DNA of 64,000 nucleotides from Nitrosopumilus sp. (lineage in GTDB: Archaea > Thermoproteota > Nitrososphaeria > Nitrososphaerales > Nitrosopumilaceae). Made by a program: the position numbers and the translations under genes. The notes under the pieces were generated by a model. The model had not been told where the DNA came from. It saw nothing but the letters and a program-made list of their open reading frames with translations, and ran no database searches. How positions within the stretch are numbered: the first letter of the stretch is position 1; the number at the start of each line of letters is the position of its first letter. Location: contig CBDBGZ010000009.1 of NCBI GenBank assembly GCA_965205425.1, positions 640,001 through 704,000 on the forward strand, written 5' to 3'. Below are positions 1-9,792 of the stretch, piece by piece.

Positions 1-36
1 GAATATTCTATTATGTTCGACAGTTATCAGGTAGAT

Positions 37-141
37 TTAATGTAGAAAGAATTTTTTTGTATGAGTAAATTCACAATCATCTGAACAAAAACTAGTTTTA
101 TCTAAGATGAAACTATCATCACAATTTCTGCATTTGGGCAT
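37..141 (-). CDS. small CxxC...FCSxxC metal-binding protein (TRASH/zf-FCS-like), 34 aa
   Basis: Read manually: MPKCRNCDDSFILDKTSFCSDDCEFTHTKKFFLH*; alternative in-frame ATG at 150; too short for the ORF track. Confidence 0.5.
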   Translation of the reverse strand: MPKCRNCDDSFILDKTSFCSDDCEFTHTKKFFLH

Positions 142-228
142 ATTATTCATATTTACGTAACTTCATAAGAAATAGTATGTTCAATTAGCACAACATATTT
201 TGTCAAAAATCTTTTGAATTTGACTGAT

Positions 229-1005
229 TTATTTTTCTACAGGAAGTTCTAATCTATTTCCCCATTCCCCCCAAGAACCAAGATAAACTCGAACATTTTC
301 AAATCCCAGTTTTTTCAAAACTAGAAAAGAATTGGCAGCCCGATATGCACCTTGACAATAAGTGACAATTTCAGTATCTTTTGGAATATCATACATTTGA
401 GATAATTTATCATCATTTTTGAAAGTACCATCTTCATTGAGATTTTGGTTCCAATCAATATTGATAGCATTAGGTATATGCCCAGATTGTGCTGCACGGA
501 TTGTAGATCCATCATATTCTGTAGAGGAGCGAGCATCAAGAATTTTCAAATTATCTAAATTATCTCTAATATTTTCAAATCCTGAAATAATAGCTGGGTT
601 GATTTTTCCTGAAAATCTAGAGGGTTTGAATCCATTGGGTTTTGTCTCAATGGGGAGATTTTCTTTTTTCCATTTTGTAATTCCTCCATCTAGCATGAAG
701 ACATTTTCATGTGAAAAATACATCAACATCCAAACACCTCTAGATGCAAGCATTCCAGAAATTGAATCATAAAATATGACTCTTTTCTCAGATGTCACCC
801 CAAGAAATGAAAGTAAATTTTGTGTTTGATTGTTAAAATTTTCAATTCCTTCTTGAGTTGTATCAATCCAATGAAATGCAAATAAATCCAAATGAACAGA
901 TCCTGGAATATGTCCTTCAAAATATTCTTTGAAAGAACGAGTATCTACAATGATGACATTAGGATCATTTAGAATTGAATTTAGTTCAGTTGTAGAGATT
1001 AACAT
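229..1005 (-). CDS. two-domain rhodanese / thiosulfate sulfurtransferase
   Basis: GHIPG and GHIPNA motifs, active-site YCQGAYRA, C-terminal YLGSWGEW signature. Confidence 0.93.
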   Translation of the reverse strand: MLISTTELNSILNDPNVIIVDTRSFKEYFEGHIPGSVHLDLFAFHWIDTTQEGIENFNNQTQNLLSFLGVTSEKRVIFYDSISGMLASRGVWMLMYFSHENVFMLDGGITKWKKENLPIETKPNGFKPSRFSGKINPAIISGFENIRDNLDNLKILDARSSTEYDGSTIRAAQSGHIPNAINIDWNQNLNEDGTFKNDDKLSQMYDIPKDTEIVTYCQGAYRAANSFLVLKKLGFENVRVYLGSWGEWGNRLELPVEK

Positions 1006-1039
1006 AATTTAGATAAAATGATCAGGACTAAATTGATTT

Positions 1040-1066
1040 GGATTAAAATAAAAAGAAGAAAAAAAG
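1040..1066 (-). terminator. U-rich archaeal terminator tract downstream of amt
   Basis: Minus strand reads as a long T-rich run (cttttttttcttcttttt-like) just after the amt stop. Confidence 0.4.
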
Positions 1067-1076
1067 GGTTTTTTTT

Positions 1077-2639
1077 CTATTCGTTAACGTATGCTCTTTC
1101 GCCATGCTGTGCCAAATCGAGACCAATCTCCTCTTCTTTAGGAGTGACTCTGATTCCGCCAGGCCATACGGCATCCATTACTTTTAGGATTACAATTGTA
1201 ACACCAAAGGCATAGCCTATTGATATTGCAGCACCAATGATGCTGATTGCTTGCTGTTCCATTCCTTCTGCAGTACCAGTCCATGCTCCGATACCGTCTC
1301 CAGTATCCCAAACGTGTGGGCTAGCTAATGTACCAGTCAAAATTGCACCTGTAAGACCACCCATTCCATGTACTCCCCATACATCTAATGCATCGTCCCA
1401 TTTGCGTGCACTCTTGAATGCTATTGCTGCATAACAAATTGTACCAGCTGCAATACCGATTATAATCGCAGCCATTGGACCTACCCAACCTGAGGCTGGT
1501 GTGATTGCTACCAATCCTGCTACTGCTCCTGATGCAGCTCCTACGACACTTGGTTTTCCTGTATGTGCCCAAGACATGAGCACCCAAGTGACTGCAGCCA
1601 TACCAGTTGCTGTATTTGTAACAGTCCATGCGCTGACGGTAATGCCGTCTACCATAACTTCACTTCCTGCATTGAAACCAAACCATCCAAACCAGAGTAT
1701 TCCTGCACCGAGGACTACCATTGGGATATTGTGTGGTTCCATTGGCACTTTGCCATATCCGAGACGTCTGCCAAGGACTAAGGCTCCAGCCAATGCTGCA
1801 AATCCTGAAGATATGTGTACTACAGTACCACCTGCAAAGTCTAATGCATAAGATGGCGATAAGTCTGGATCAAGGTCAATTGAACCTCCTCCTATGTAGC
1901 CTCCTCCCCAAACCCAATGTGCAATTGGGTCATAAACGAAGGTACCCCATAAGAGTACGAATACGATCAATGCGCTGAATTTGATTCTGTCAATCAAACC
2001 ACCAATAATTAGAACTGGTGTAATGATTGCGAAGGTTGCTTGGAACATTGCAAAGAGTTGGTGAGGTACTGTACCTGGCCAACCTTGACTACAATAGTCG
2101 CCATCCTTCATTTCATTCATCTGATAAGCATTAGACCATGTATCTGCACATGGACCTACTTCACCGAGAGGTGCCCATGCTGAGACTTGATTAAAGCCAA
2201 CATAATCTAAGTTACCCATGAATAAGTTTGCGTCAGAATCAACTCCACCAAATGCTAGTGAGTATCCCCATAGAACCCATTGTACTGACATTAGACCCAT
2301 TACAATAAGGGTCATACCAAGTACGTTGACGATGTTCTTTGATCTGGCTAATCCGCCATAAAAGAAACCGACTCCGGGAGACATGAGTAGTACCATTGAT
2401 GTTGCAGTTAGCATCCATGCTGTATCACCTGTGTCTATAAGACAAGGTAGCATGCCGCCTTCGCCATCATCATACCAACATTCGTTAGGGTTACCAGTGT
2501 AAATTCCACTGGTTCCTGCTACATATCCGTCCATACCATCTTCAACACTTTGTGCATATGCCTGAGACATAGCACCAGTTGCTGTGATAGATACTGCGGC
2601 TACAAGTAATAGAGCATACTTGTAGTTCCTAGAATTCAT
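1077..2639 (-). CDS. amt: ammonium transporter (Amt family) with N-terminal signal peptide/extension
   Basis: DTGDTAWML, FFYGGLAR, FQATFAIIT, DFAGGTVVHISSG, WFGWFGFNAGS, DDALDVWGVHG; twin His conserved. Confidence 0.97.
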   Translation of the reverse strand: MNSRNYKYALLLVAAVSITATGAMSQAYAQSVEDGMDGYVAGTSGIYTGNPNECWYDDGEGGMLPCLIDTGDTAWMLTATSMVLLMSPGVGFFYGGLARSKNIVNVLGMTLIVMGLMSVQWVLWGYSLAFGGVDSDANLFMGNLDYVGFNQVSAWAPLGEVGPCADTWSNAYQMNEMKDGDYCSQGWPGTVPHQLFAMFQATFAIITPVLIIGGLIDRIKFSALIVFVLLWGTFVYDPIAHWVWGGGYIGGGSIDLDPDLSPSYALDFAGGTVVHISSGFAALAGALVLGRRLGYGKVPMEPHNIPMVVLGAGILWFGWFGFNAGSEVMVDGITVSAWTVTNTATGMAAVTWVLMSWAHTGKPSVVGAASGAVAGLVAITPASGWVGPMAAIIIGIAAGTICYAAIAFKSARKWDDALDVWGVHGMGGLTGAILTGTLASPHVWDTGDGIGAWTGTAEGMEQQAISIIGAAISIGYAFGVTIVILKVMDAVWPGGIRVTPKEEEIGLDLAQHGERAYVNE

Positions 2640-2766
2640 TAAATTTATCGAAATTGAAAATTATTTAAGCATTGGAGACTCGAAAGAGTACAAAAAAGTA
2701 AATTATTATATTTTAGTATATTCTGATAATAACATAAAAGATGAATATTATGATAAAGGTGAGTAA

Positions 2767-3435
2767 ATGAAAGTCAAATCTTATACGAAATTAGCAATTT
2801 TTGATACATTCAAGACAAAAGGAAGTGATCTTACTGGAGAAGCAAATAGACAAAGAGCGATCATCGCCATCCTTGGCAGTAATGCAAATCCTGCAGAAAG
2901 AACAAGGACTGGAATTTCACAGAGAATTGCAAAAAAGCATGATATTGCCTGGAAGAACATCTATTCTGGAATATTTCGGGATTTAGATGAAATTTTACTT
3001 CCTATGGGGATAGCCGAAGAAGATGGCAGATTACCTTTGAAAAGAGGACCAAAAGCATTACAGGAAAAAGGGATTCCATATTATCATTTAACAAAGAAGG
3101 GAACTTTGGTAGCATTATCAATTAACGAATGTAAAAATAGAGAAAATCTTCTGATCGAGTTTTTCTCAAAGTCCGAACCAAAAGAGAAGGAATTTGAGAA
3201 GATTCTTTCTAGTCTTTTAAAGACAAGTCCTATTTTCACATATTCAATATTTCAAAAATATGTCAAGGCATTTTGTGAAAATAAAATCAAAGAATTACTC
3301 CCATTTGATCTCTCAAAATTACAAGATATTTCAGATGAATCTCTGATTATTCAGAAAGAGATTCTTTCTGCTTTTGCTAATTTATCAAAACAAGAAAAAG
3401 ATGAAGCCATAGTATTTTTAGATAAAATTACCTAG
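2767..3435 (+). CDS. hypothetical protein, probable winged-helix DNA-binding protein
   Basis: Helical N-half followed by wing-like IPYYHLTKKG; divergent from amt. Confidence 0.6.
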   Translation: MKVKSYTKLAIFDTFKTKGSDLTGEANRQRAIIAILGSNANPAERTRTGISQRIAKKHDIAWKNIYSGIFRDLDEILLPMGIAEEDGRLPLKRGPKALQEKGIPYYHLTKKGTLVALSINECKNRENLLIEFFSKSEPKEKEFEKILSSLLKTSPIFTYSIFQKYVKAFCENKIKELLPFDLSKLQDISDESLIIQKEILSAFANLSKQEKDEAIVFLDKIT

Positions 3436-3497
3436 GATTTGTTCCTAGAAACAGATCGCCAAACATTAAAATCAGTTGCATAGAGAGATTGATCGAA

Positions 3498-4535
3498 ATG
3501 GGCGGTTCTAAGAATGTCTATGCCTCAGTAAAAGCATACAGTAAACGAGGTAAATTACTTACAAGAGCAGATTTCCAAACACTTGCTGAATCAAGAGATT
3601 TGGAAGAGTTGATGACTAGAATCAAAAATACAGTATATGGAGAAGCTGTAGCAGATGTCCAAAAACCATATACTTCACAAACCATCGAATCAGCCCTTAG
3701 AAGTAAATTGGCTGATATTCATTATTCTATTGCAAAGACCTCAGGAAATTCTGGAGTATTAGATGCATATTATATGAAATTCATTGTTTCAAATTTGAAA
3801 TTAATTTTAAAAGGTAAAATCTTAGGAAAGCCTCAAGAAGAGATTGAATCCCATGTTAATCTTCATGCAGAGGAATTAATCAAACAAAGAGATGTTGTAG
3901 TTAAAGCACTGGTTGCCAAAGACTTTGAAGAAGCAGTTGCAAGTTTGAATTCAGTTCAATTTGCAGATGAGATTACAAAAGCTGCAGCATTATACAATGA
4001 AAAGAAAAACCTCCAAATCTTTGATACATATTTTGATAAAATATTATTCCAACACCTTGCAGGTGCTATGAAGAATTATGCAGATAAAGAAGCAACAAAA
4101 ATAGTTTCAATAGATATTGATTTTTACAATATTTTGAGTGTGATTAGAGGAAAATTTTGGGGACTACAAGAAGAACAAATTCAAGATTTGATAATTAGTA
4201 CCAGCCCACCAGCAAAAGAATTACTTGGAAGAATGATGACAGCAGCTACAGTTAGGGATGCATTCAATGAATTATCAAGTACAAAATACAAGGATTTGGT
4301 TCCTCAAGTTGAAAATGAATTAGATGCTATTGCCCAATTTGAAAGAGCATTTGAATTATCAATTTACAGTTCATCTCTGAGATCATTCACAAAGATGTTT
4401 AGCTTTGCAACAATTGTAGGAATTACAAAATTAACCTCATTTGAAATTAGAAATCTAGCAGCCATTGCTTTTGCTGTAGAACAAAAGATTCCAACTGAGA
4501 CTACAATGTCAAAGTTAATCCTAGAAGAAGAATAG
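3498..4535 (+). CDS. atpC: A/V-type ATP synthase subunit C
   Basis: YASVKAYSKRGKLL start, all-helical ~345 aa, EIRNL C-terminal motif; ATG 3498 preferred over TTG 3489. Confidence 0.9.
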   Translation: MGGSKNVYASVKAYSKRGKLLTRADFQTLAESRDLEELMTRIKNTVYGEAVADVQKPYTSQTIESALRSKLADIHYSIAKTSGNSGVLDAYYMKFIVSNLKLILKGKILGKPQEEIESHVNLHAEELIKQRDVVVKALVAKDFEEAVASLNSVQFADEITKAAALYNEKKNLQIFDTYFDKILFQHLAGAMKNYADKEATKIVSIDIDFYNILSVIRGKFWGLQEEQIQDLIISTSPPAKELLGRMMTAATVRDAFNELSSTKYKDLVPQVENELDAIAQFERAFELSIYSSSLRSFTKMFSFATIVGITKLTSFEIRNLAAIAFAVEQKIPTETTMSKLILEEE

Positions 4536-4545
4536 GATTTTTGAA

Positions 4546-4782
4546 ATGTTCAATTTTCCAAAGAAAAAAACTGAAATTTCTACTGAAGTATTAATCAAGT
4601 TTATCTGGGTAAGTTCATTTTTAGCCATGATTTTTGCCCTTCCTCCATTGGCAGTATTCTTAGGAATTTATTTTCTAACAGGAGAACTCATAATTGGTGC
4701 AGTTATTGGATTTGGCCTTCATTTTGTTATTCTAGCTTTTTCAGGAAAGATTTCAAAGGTAATTACCAAACTTGTGAGCTAA
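4546..4782 (+). CDS. small two-helix membrane protein
   Basis: 78 aa with two hydrophobic segments; directly follows atpC. Confidence 0.7.
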   Translation: MFNFPKKKTEISTEVLIKFIWVSSFLAMIFALPPLAVFLGIYFLTGELIIGAVIGFGLHFVILAFSGKISKVITKLVS

Positions 4783-4814
4783 GTATAAGAAGTCAAACAG
4801 GAAGATGATGTATT

Positions 4815-5465
4815 ATGATGGGAGATAGAGATTTTCGAGGCACTGTTGAAAATGCATTAAGCTCTATTGGAAAAGAGTTAGAAATTGACATAGATTCAGC
4901 AGATATTCAGACTATACATCTTCATGAGGCTGTTCAATGCCTAAGACGTTCATATTACGATAGAATCGATCCTCAAGAAATTCAAAGAAAAGGATTCAAT
5001 GAGCTTCTTACGGGATTACTTAGAAAACTACAATATGGAAGCGACCCAAAAGAATTTGATATTGAAGATATCAAACTAAAAGGCCAAGTAGACATGCTTG
5101 TTGATGATTCAATCTTCTTATTTAGAGGATCAACAAATGAATTAGAGAATCCTTTAGCAAATGATGTTCTTTATCTCAATGCTTGTATGTGGATTTATGA
5201 TAAACCAGATGGAATTATTGTTTACATTACTGGAGATAGAAAAGAAACTACATTTTCAATCTCACGAAATAAAAAGATGTTTGAGGAAGTAGTCCGACGA
5301 GTTCGAGTTCTAAATGATCTACTAAAAGAGAAAAAAACCCCCATCCTAGAACCATCCACTGAGTGTAACGATTGTCAATATTATGAAAGATGTTTTATGA
5401 AAAAGAAAAATACCAAACAATTAGACCTATCAGAAATGTTAGGTTTTGGCGACAAGAAAGATTAG
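4815..5465 (+). CDS. solo Cas4-like (RecB-fold, Fe-S) protein, apparently degenerate nuclease
   Basis: QCLRRSYY near N-terminus plus C-terminal CxxCxxxxxC; GQVD motif II; no CRISPR array or other cas genes in window. Confidence 0.75.
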   Translation: MMGDRDFRGTVENALSSIGKELEIDIDSADIQTIHLHEAVQCLRRSYYDRIDPQEIQRKGFNELLTGLLRKLQYGSDPKEFDIEDIKLKGQVDMLVDDSIFLFRGSTNELENPLANDVLYLNACMWIYDKPDGIIVYITGDRKETTFSISRNKKMFEEVVRRVRVLNDLLKEKKTPILEPSTECNDCQYYERCFMKKKNTKQLDLSEMLGFGDKKD

Positions 5466-5506
5466 TGAAAAATTAGAAAAATGTTGTAAAGGAAAAATTC
5501 CTTTGT

Positions 5507-5617
5507 TTAATCGAGTGGTTCCGGATGTCCTTTACCACGAAGAGCGAAACACACTACTGCGAGTGCAATTGCGACTCCTGCTGCTGCGCCAAATGCGGCC
5601 ATACCTGCTTCTGCCAT
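5507..5617 (-). CDS. 36-aa single-TM microprotein
   Basis: Read manually: MAEAGMAAFGAAAGVAIALAVVCFALRGKGHPEPLD*; GC-rich coding-like patch with a TATA-like TTATAAAA upstream on the minus strand. Confidence 0.7.
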   Translation of the reverse strand: MAEAGMAAFGAAAGVAIALAVVCFALRGKGHPEPLD

Positions 5618-5715
5618 TTGATAAAAAACAATGAAACGGGCTTTTATAACTTTGCCAATATTTTTTCTCTAAAAACATATTATCACAATTTTAAGATTTT
5701 ATGATACTATTGAGT

Positions 5716-6270
5716 TTATTTTGTAAATTCGAAATGAAGTTCATTTTCTTGACCGCTAGTCATTGAACTTAGATTGTAAAAGACATCGCCTGATACTCTC
5801 CATGATGGATTATCATTTTCAAAGGCTTGCCAAAGATCGGCAGTGTTTCCAGAATTTTTAATTGTCTTAGAATCTCTTAAAATGATTGAATTTTCACCAA
5901 GTAGCGTATAGTAATTTGAACCAAATTCAACCATTCCTGTAGGTCTACTACCTATTTCACCACCAGTAATTTGTTCAGTATCAGAATATCCTGTTTCATA
6001 TAATTGATAATCCATAGTTTGTACAATCATAGCACGTGGATTTGGATTTGAAAGTTTGAAAGCTATTTCAATAGTAACTGATCGTTCAGATATTTTGGCA
6101 ATTGAAATATCTTCTAATTCAATTTGAACAGGTTTTACTTGTGGTATACTAGAAGTTTCTGGATTGCTCTCTTGATTTGTAATTTCAATTGTAGGTCCTG
6201 TTAATAGAATTCCACCTAAAATTATAGCAAGGGCTCCAACTGCAGCACCAACAAAAATTTTAGGATTCAT
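5716..6270 (-). CDS. membrane-anchored LEA_2/WHy-like domain protein
   Basis: N-terminal TM helix; FKLSNPNPRAMIVQTMDYQLY motif. Confidence 0.7.
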   Translation of the reverse strand: MNPKIFVGAAVGALAIILGGILLTGPTIEITNQESNPETSSIPQVKPVQIELEDISIAKISERSVTIEIAFKLSNPNPRAMIVQTMDYQLYETGYSDTEQITGGEIGSRPTGMVEFGSNYYTLLGENSIILRDSKTIKNSGNTADLWQAFENDNPSWRVSGDVFYNLSSMTSGQENELHFEFTK

Positions 6271-6340
6271 AAATTTTGCATTTCTCCTACATATCTTAAA
6301 TGTTAAGATAGTTATTATACCATTCCAGATAGAAAAAATT

Positions 6341-6697
6341 GTGCAGTATTTTCAAGCAGTACAACAAGGAAAACAAAGAGCAAGTAAATCACAAATGAAG
6401 ATGTTTGAAGTAGCTGGATTTGGAATGTTAACTTTAACAACCAAAAAGATTGATGGAAAATTTTATCCAGTAGGAGAAGAAGAATTTACTGCAGTAATCG
6501 AATCACCAGACGGGCATGTAACAGTGATAGTAGACAAGGATGGTTTTACGAAGGCCCAATCCAAGGCTGTGGAAAAGGAAGAAGCCTTGTTAATTTACAA
6601 AAAACTAAGAGATACAGGAATTTCAGAATATCCTGAAAAAGAGATTCAAATTTGGTCAGAAACAAGACCAACTATTCAAAACAATAATTCTGAATAA
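6341..6697 (+). CDS. hypothetical protein
   Basis: 118-aa ORF filling the gap between oppositely oriented genes. Confidence 0.7.
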   Translation: MQYFQAVQQGKQRASKSQMKMFEVAGFGMLTLTTKKIDGKFYPVGEEEFTAVIESPDGHVTVIVDKDGFTKAQSKAVEKEEALLIYKKLRDTGISEYPEKEIQIWSETRPTIQNNNSE

Positions 6698-7381
6698 TTA
6701 TTTTGAAGGAAGAATAATTTGGGTGCCAACATCGCCACCTTTGATTGCTTTTTCAATGATTTTTGGATCTGCTTTTAAAATTCTTGTTTTGATTTTTGAA
6801 CGTTCAATAATTTTTAGAGCAACAATATCCATTAAATCATAACCACCAGCAACAGAATCTTCATGAACTAACATATTTTTCAAATTTTTCATTTCAATAC
6901 GTTTGAATTTTTTTGCTTTTTTGAATTTATTTGGATCCATATCATAAACACCAGCAACATCAGTTGCATTTAGAAATTGTTCAGCTTTAACTTTCTCTGC
7001 AATCAGAGCAGCAGTACCATTAGTACTTTGACCAGGATGAAGACCACCTGCTACTACAATTAATCCATCATCTACTGCATGTCTAACTTCCTGCAAAGTA
7101 GTTGGTGGATGTGAATATGCTTTATTCTTTAGAGCATAAATCAACAATTTTGCATTAAGTCTTGAAATTTCAATTCCTAGTTCATCAAGAGTAGATTCAT
7201 CAGCACCAGAAGATCTTGCATGGGAAATATAATGTCGTGCTATAGTTCCCCCTCCAGCAATAACAATTGGTTGGCAAACTTTGCTAATTTTTACTAAAAA
7301 TGTAGCATAATCTTTCAAAACTTTGACGTTATCCATGGCAAAAACGCGTCCAGATAATTTAATTACAATTCGTTTTTTCAC
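6698..7381 (-). CDS. pyrH: UMP kinase
   Basis: [37 protein letters not shown]. Confidence 0.95.
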   Translation of the reverse strand: MKKRIVIKLSGRVFAMDNVKVLKDYATFLVKISKVCQPIVIAGGGTIARHYISHARSSGADESTLDELGIEISRLNAKLLIYALKNKAYSHPPTTLQEVRHAVDDGLIVVAGGLHPGQSTNGTAALIAEKVKAEQFLNATDVAGVYDMDPNKFKKAKKFKRIEMKNLKNMLVHEDSVAGGYDLMDIVALKIIERSKIKTRILKADPKIIEKAIKGGDVGTQIILPSK

Positions 7382-8613
7382 TTTAGATCACCAATGATTG
7401 ATTTTGCGGCAATTTCAACTTTTTTTCTGTTCTTTTGATGGGTATAAACTCGAAGTATGTTCATGAACCCAGAAATTGCAGATACCACGGGTATTTGAGA
7501 AATAGGTATCTCTTTTGCCGATGATTTTCCACCCTCATTTGATATCAAAACTATCGATTTGGACTCGTTCTTTGAAGGTGCAAGTGGAATTGATGGAGTG
7601 ACAGAACTATCAACAAAAATCTCATTTTCACTCACTTTAGATTTTTTGGAGATTTCAACTCTAAGTTCATTAGTTAAAGTTTTTTTCAAATTTGTTCTAC
7701 TTGTAAGAATTCTCTCAAAAACACACTTTAACAATTTTCTATTTTGGTAATCTTCAGCAAATTGTCTTGCTCGTTTTAGTTTAGAAGATTTTGATGAAAT
7801 TAAAGACGATAAGACGTATTCATCAGTTAATTTAACAAATTCATTTAGATTAAAAGATGTAAATCCAAACTCATCATCAGATAATCTTAATGCTTCAATG
7901 AGCATGACTTCTGCAGCGCGAACTGTTTTATGAAAATATACTGCTTTGAACATTTGGTATCTAGAATGCATCATTGATTCAAAAGAATACAATGCTGAAC
8001 GCTCCAATGCAAGTTTTTTCTTATGAATGTCAAGTGATTGTGTAATTCTTTTATGATCTACCTTGGCATGTTCAGCACCTGTGAAATAACCATCTCTAAG
8101 TAAATAATCCATCATATCTGCACTTAATGCTCCAGATACAATTTCATTTAGATATTGGAATTTTGATTCTCCAAATGCAATTTTTGTTATAAGTTTTTTA
8201 TCAAAACCTGTTTTTGTAAGTACATCTCCAATTTCAGAGTTTAAGATTATTTTTTTACCATAATCTTCATGCGAAACTTTTTTTTCTTGAATTATTTCTT
8301 CAAATAAATGAGAAAATGGTCCATGACCAATATCATGCAATAAACCTGCCAGACGTAAAACTTGAATATCATCAGAATTTAGATATCCTTTTTCATTTAA
8401 TGCAAATCCAGCTTGACTAGCAATATGCATAACTCCTAGAGAATGTTCAAATCTACTATGTTGAGCTGCAGGATAAATCAAATGTGCACCAGAGAGTTGT
8501 CTAATCCGTCTTAATCTTTGAAAAAGAGGATTATCTATAATCGGAAGTTCATAATCATATACACGAATAAAGTCGTGAATTGGATCTATAATATCTAAAT
8601 AGTTTTTTTTCAT
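7378..8613 (-). CDS. HD-domain phosphohydrolase (SAMHD1/YdhJ-like dNTPase family)
   Basis: [41 protein letters not shown]. Confidence 0.92.
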   Translation of the reverse strand: MKKNYLDIIDPIHDFIRVYDYELPIIDNPLFQRLRRIRQLSGAHLIYPAAQHSRFEHSLGVMHIASQAGFALNEKGYLNSDDIQVLRLAGLLHDIGHGPFSHLFEEIIQEKKVSHEDYGKKIILNSEIGDVLTKTGFDKKLITKIAFGESKFQYLNEIVSGALSADMMDYLLRDGYFTGAEHAKVDHKRITQSLDIHKKKLALERSALYSFESMMHSRYQMFKAVYFHKTVRAAEVMLIEALRLSDDEFGFTSFNLNEFVKLTDEYVLSSLISSKSSKLKRARQFAEDYQNRKLLKCVFERILTSRTNLKKTLTNELRVEISKKSKVSENEIFVDSSVTPSIPLAPSKNESKSIVLISNEGGKSSAKEIPISQIPVVSAISGFMNILRVYTHQKNRKKVEIAAKSIIGDLK

Positions 8614-9191
8614 AAGCCAAGTTTTTTTGAAAATGTTTTTAGAATTTCTTCATGAACTTCATCTTTAGATTTTGATGCATCAATAATTTTCCAATGTTTT
8701 TTCTTTGCAATAGTACGATAAATTTTAGATATTCTTCTTAAAAATTCTTCATTCTTTTCAAATTTATCTCTGTGAGTTTTTTGTCTATTAAATGATTCTT
8801 TTTGTGTTACGTCAAGTAAAATTACAAGATCAGCTTTTGGTAAACCATTATCTAAATTCTCCAGCCATTTTTGTTTCAAACCATTAGCCAAACCGTAAAT
8901 CAGATTTGAATGATAATACCTATTCATAATTAAAACAGAATTTTTTTCTTCAGCTGCTTTGATTGCGTCAAGTTTTTCCCATCTATTTGCTGCTAAAAGA
9001 CAATGAATTACCTGTGGAGGAAATTTCCGTTTTCCATCTAAATATTTCCTAATTTCCTTACCAATTGGTGTTTCGTAGTCAGGAAAATGAAATAATTTAG
9101 TCTTGATTTTACGTTTTTTCAGAGCTTTTGCTAACATTGTAGATTGTGTTAATTTACCTGCCTGATCTCCACCTTCAATGACAATAATCAT
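8610..9191 (-). CDS. tmk: thymidylate kinase
   Basis: IEGGDQAGKLTQ P-loop, FPDYETPIG, AANRWE. Confidence 0.93.
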   Translation of the reverse strand: MIIVIEGGDQAGKLTQSTMLAKALKKRKIKTKLFHFPDYETPIGKEIRKYLDGKRKFPPQVIHCLLAANRWEKLDAIKAAEEKNSVLIMNRYYHSNLIYGLANGLKQKWLENLDNGLPKADLVILLDVTQKESFNRQKTHRDKFEKNEEFLRRISKIYRTIAKKKHWKIIDASKSKDEVHEEILKTFSKKLGL

Positions 9192-9235
9192 AAGTTATCA
9201 AAACAGAGAAATTAATTGATTAAAAATCTATCAAG

Positions 9236-9375
9236 AGACGTCTTGCGTAATTATTTCTAGGCGTGAATTTTGCTGCAGGATTTTTCAAATTGGTTGAGAA
9301 ATTTGAATTTTCAGGTATGAATTCTGTTAAAATACAAAATTTGAGAAAAAATCTCTATAATTACGCAAGAGGTCT
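9236..9375. mobile_element. MITE-like 140-bp non-coding element with 19-bp terminal inverted repeats
   Basis: 9236-9254 AGACGTCTTGCGTAATTAT vs reverse complement of 9357-9375 AGACCTCTTGCGTAATTAT (18/19 identical); no ORF inside. Confidence 0.65.
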
Positions 9376-9411
9376 AAGGTTTATAACCAAAAATTGAGCA
9401 CATAACACAAA

Positions 9412-9792
9412 ATGGGTCTAGTTAAAGAAGTAATCAAAGAAATTGGAAACAAATCAAGGGAATTTTATGAATTTGTCCTACCACCAATTGACATGTACCT
9501 TAATGATGAAAATCTAAAAATTGTAATTGATATTCCAGGATTTACAAAAAAAGATATTGAATTATCTTTATGTGGAGATATTCTTTCTATAAATGCTAAA
9601 AAAATAATTGATGAAAAAGAATCTGAAACATTGATTTCAAATCAAAGACCAAATATTATTGATAAAAAAATTAGACTTCCTATAGAAATTAAACAGGGGG
9701 AAGAAAAAATAGAATCTGCAAAATATGAAAATGGAATTCTTACATTAATTATCTCTGTTACAAAGAAAGGAAAAAATATTCAAATAGAATAA
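9412..9792 (+). CDS. small heat-shock protein (Hsp20/alpha-crystallin)
   Basis: PPIDMY, IDIPGF, AKYENGILTL. Confidence 0.92.
   Translation: MGLVKEVIKEIGNKSREFYEFVLPPIDMYLNDENLKIVIDIPGFTKKDIELSLCGDILSINAKKIIDEKESETLISNQRPNIIDKKIRLPIEIKQGEEKIESAKYENGILTLIISVTKKGKNIQIE

Noticed and set aside
321..1978. Short overlapping ORFs within rhodanese and amt (and similar antisense ORFs throughout)
   Set aside because: Antisense or alternative-frame shadows of well-supported genes
4815..5465. CRISPR-Cas locus
   Set aside because: No repeat-spacer array or other cas genes seen in the window; Cas4-like gene is solo
5446..5634. 62-aa plus-strand ORF from the track
   Set aside because: Shadow of the more plausible 36-aa minus-strand TM peptide
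7378..8613. HD dNTPase as anti-viral nucleotide-depletion system
   Set aside because: Embedded with overlaps in a housekeeping tmk-HD-pyrH operon
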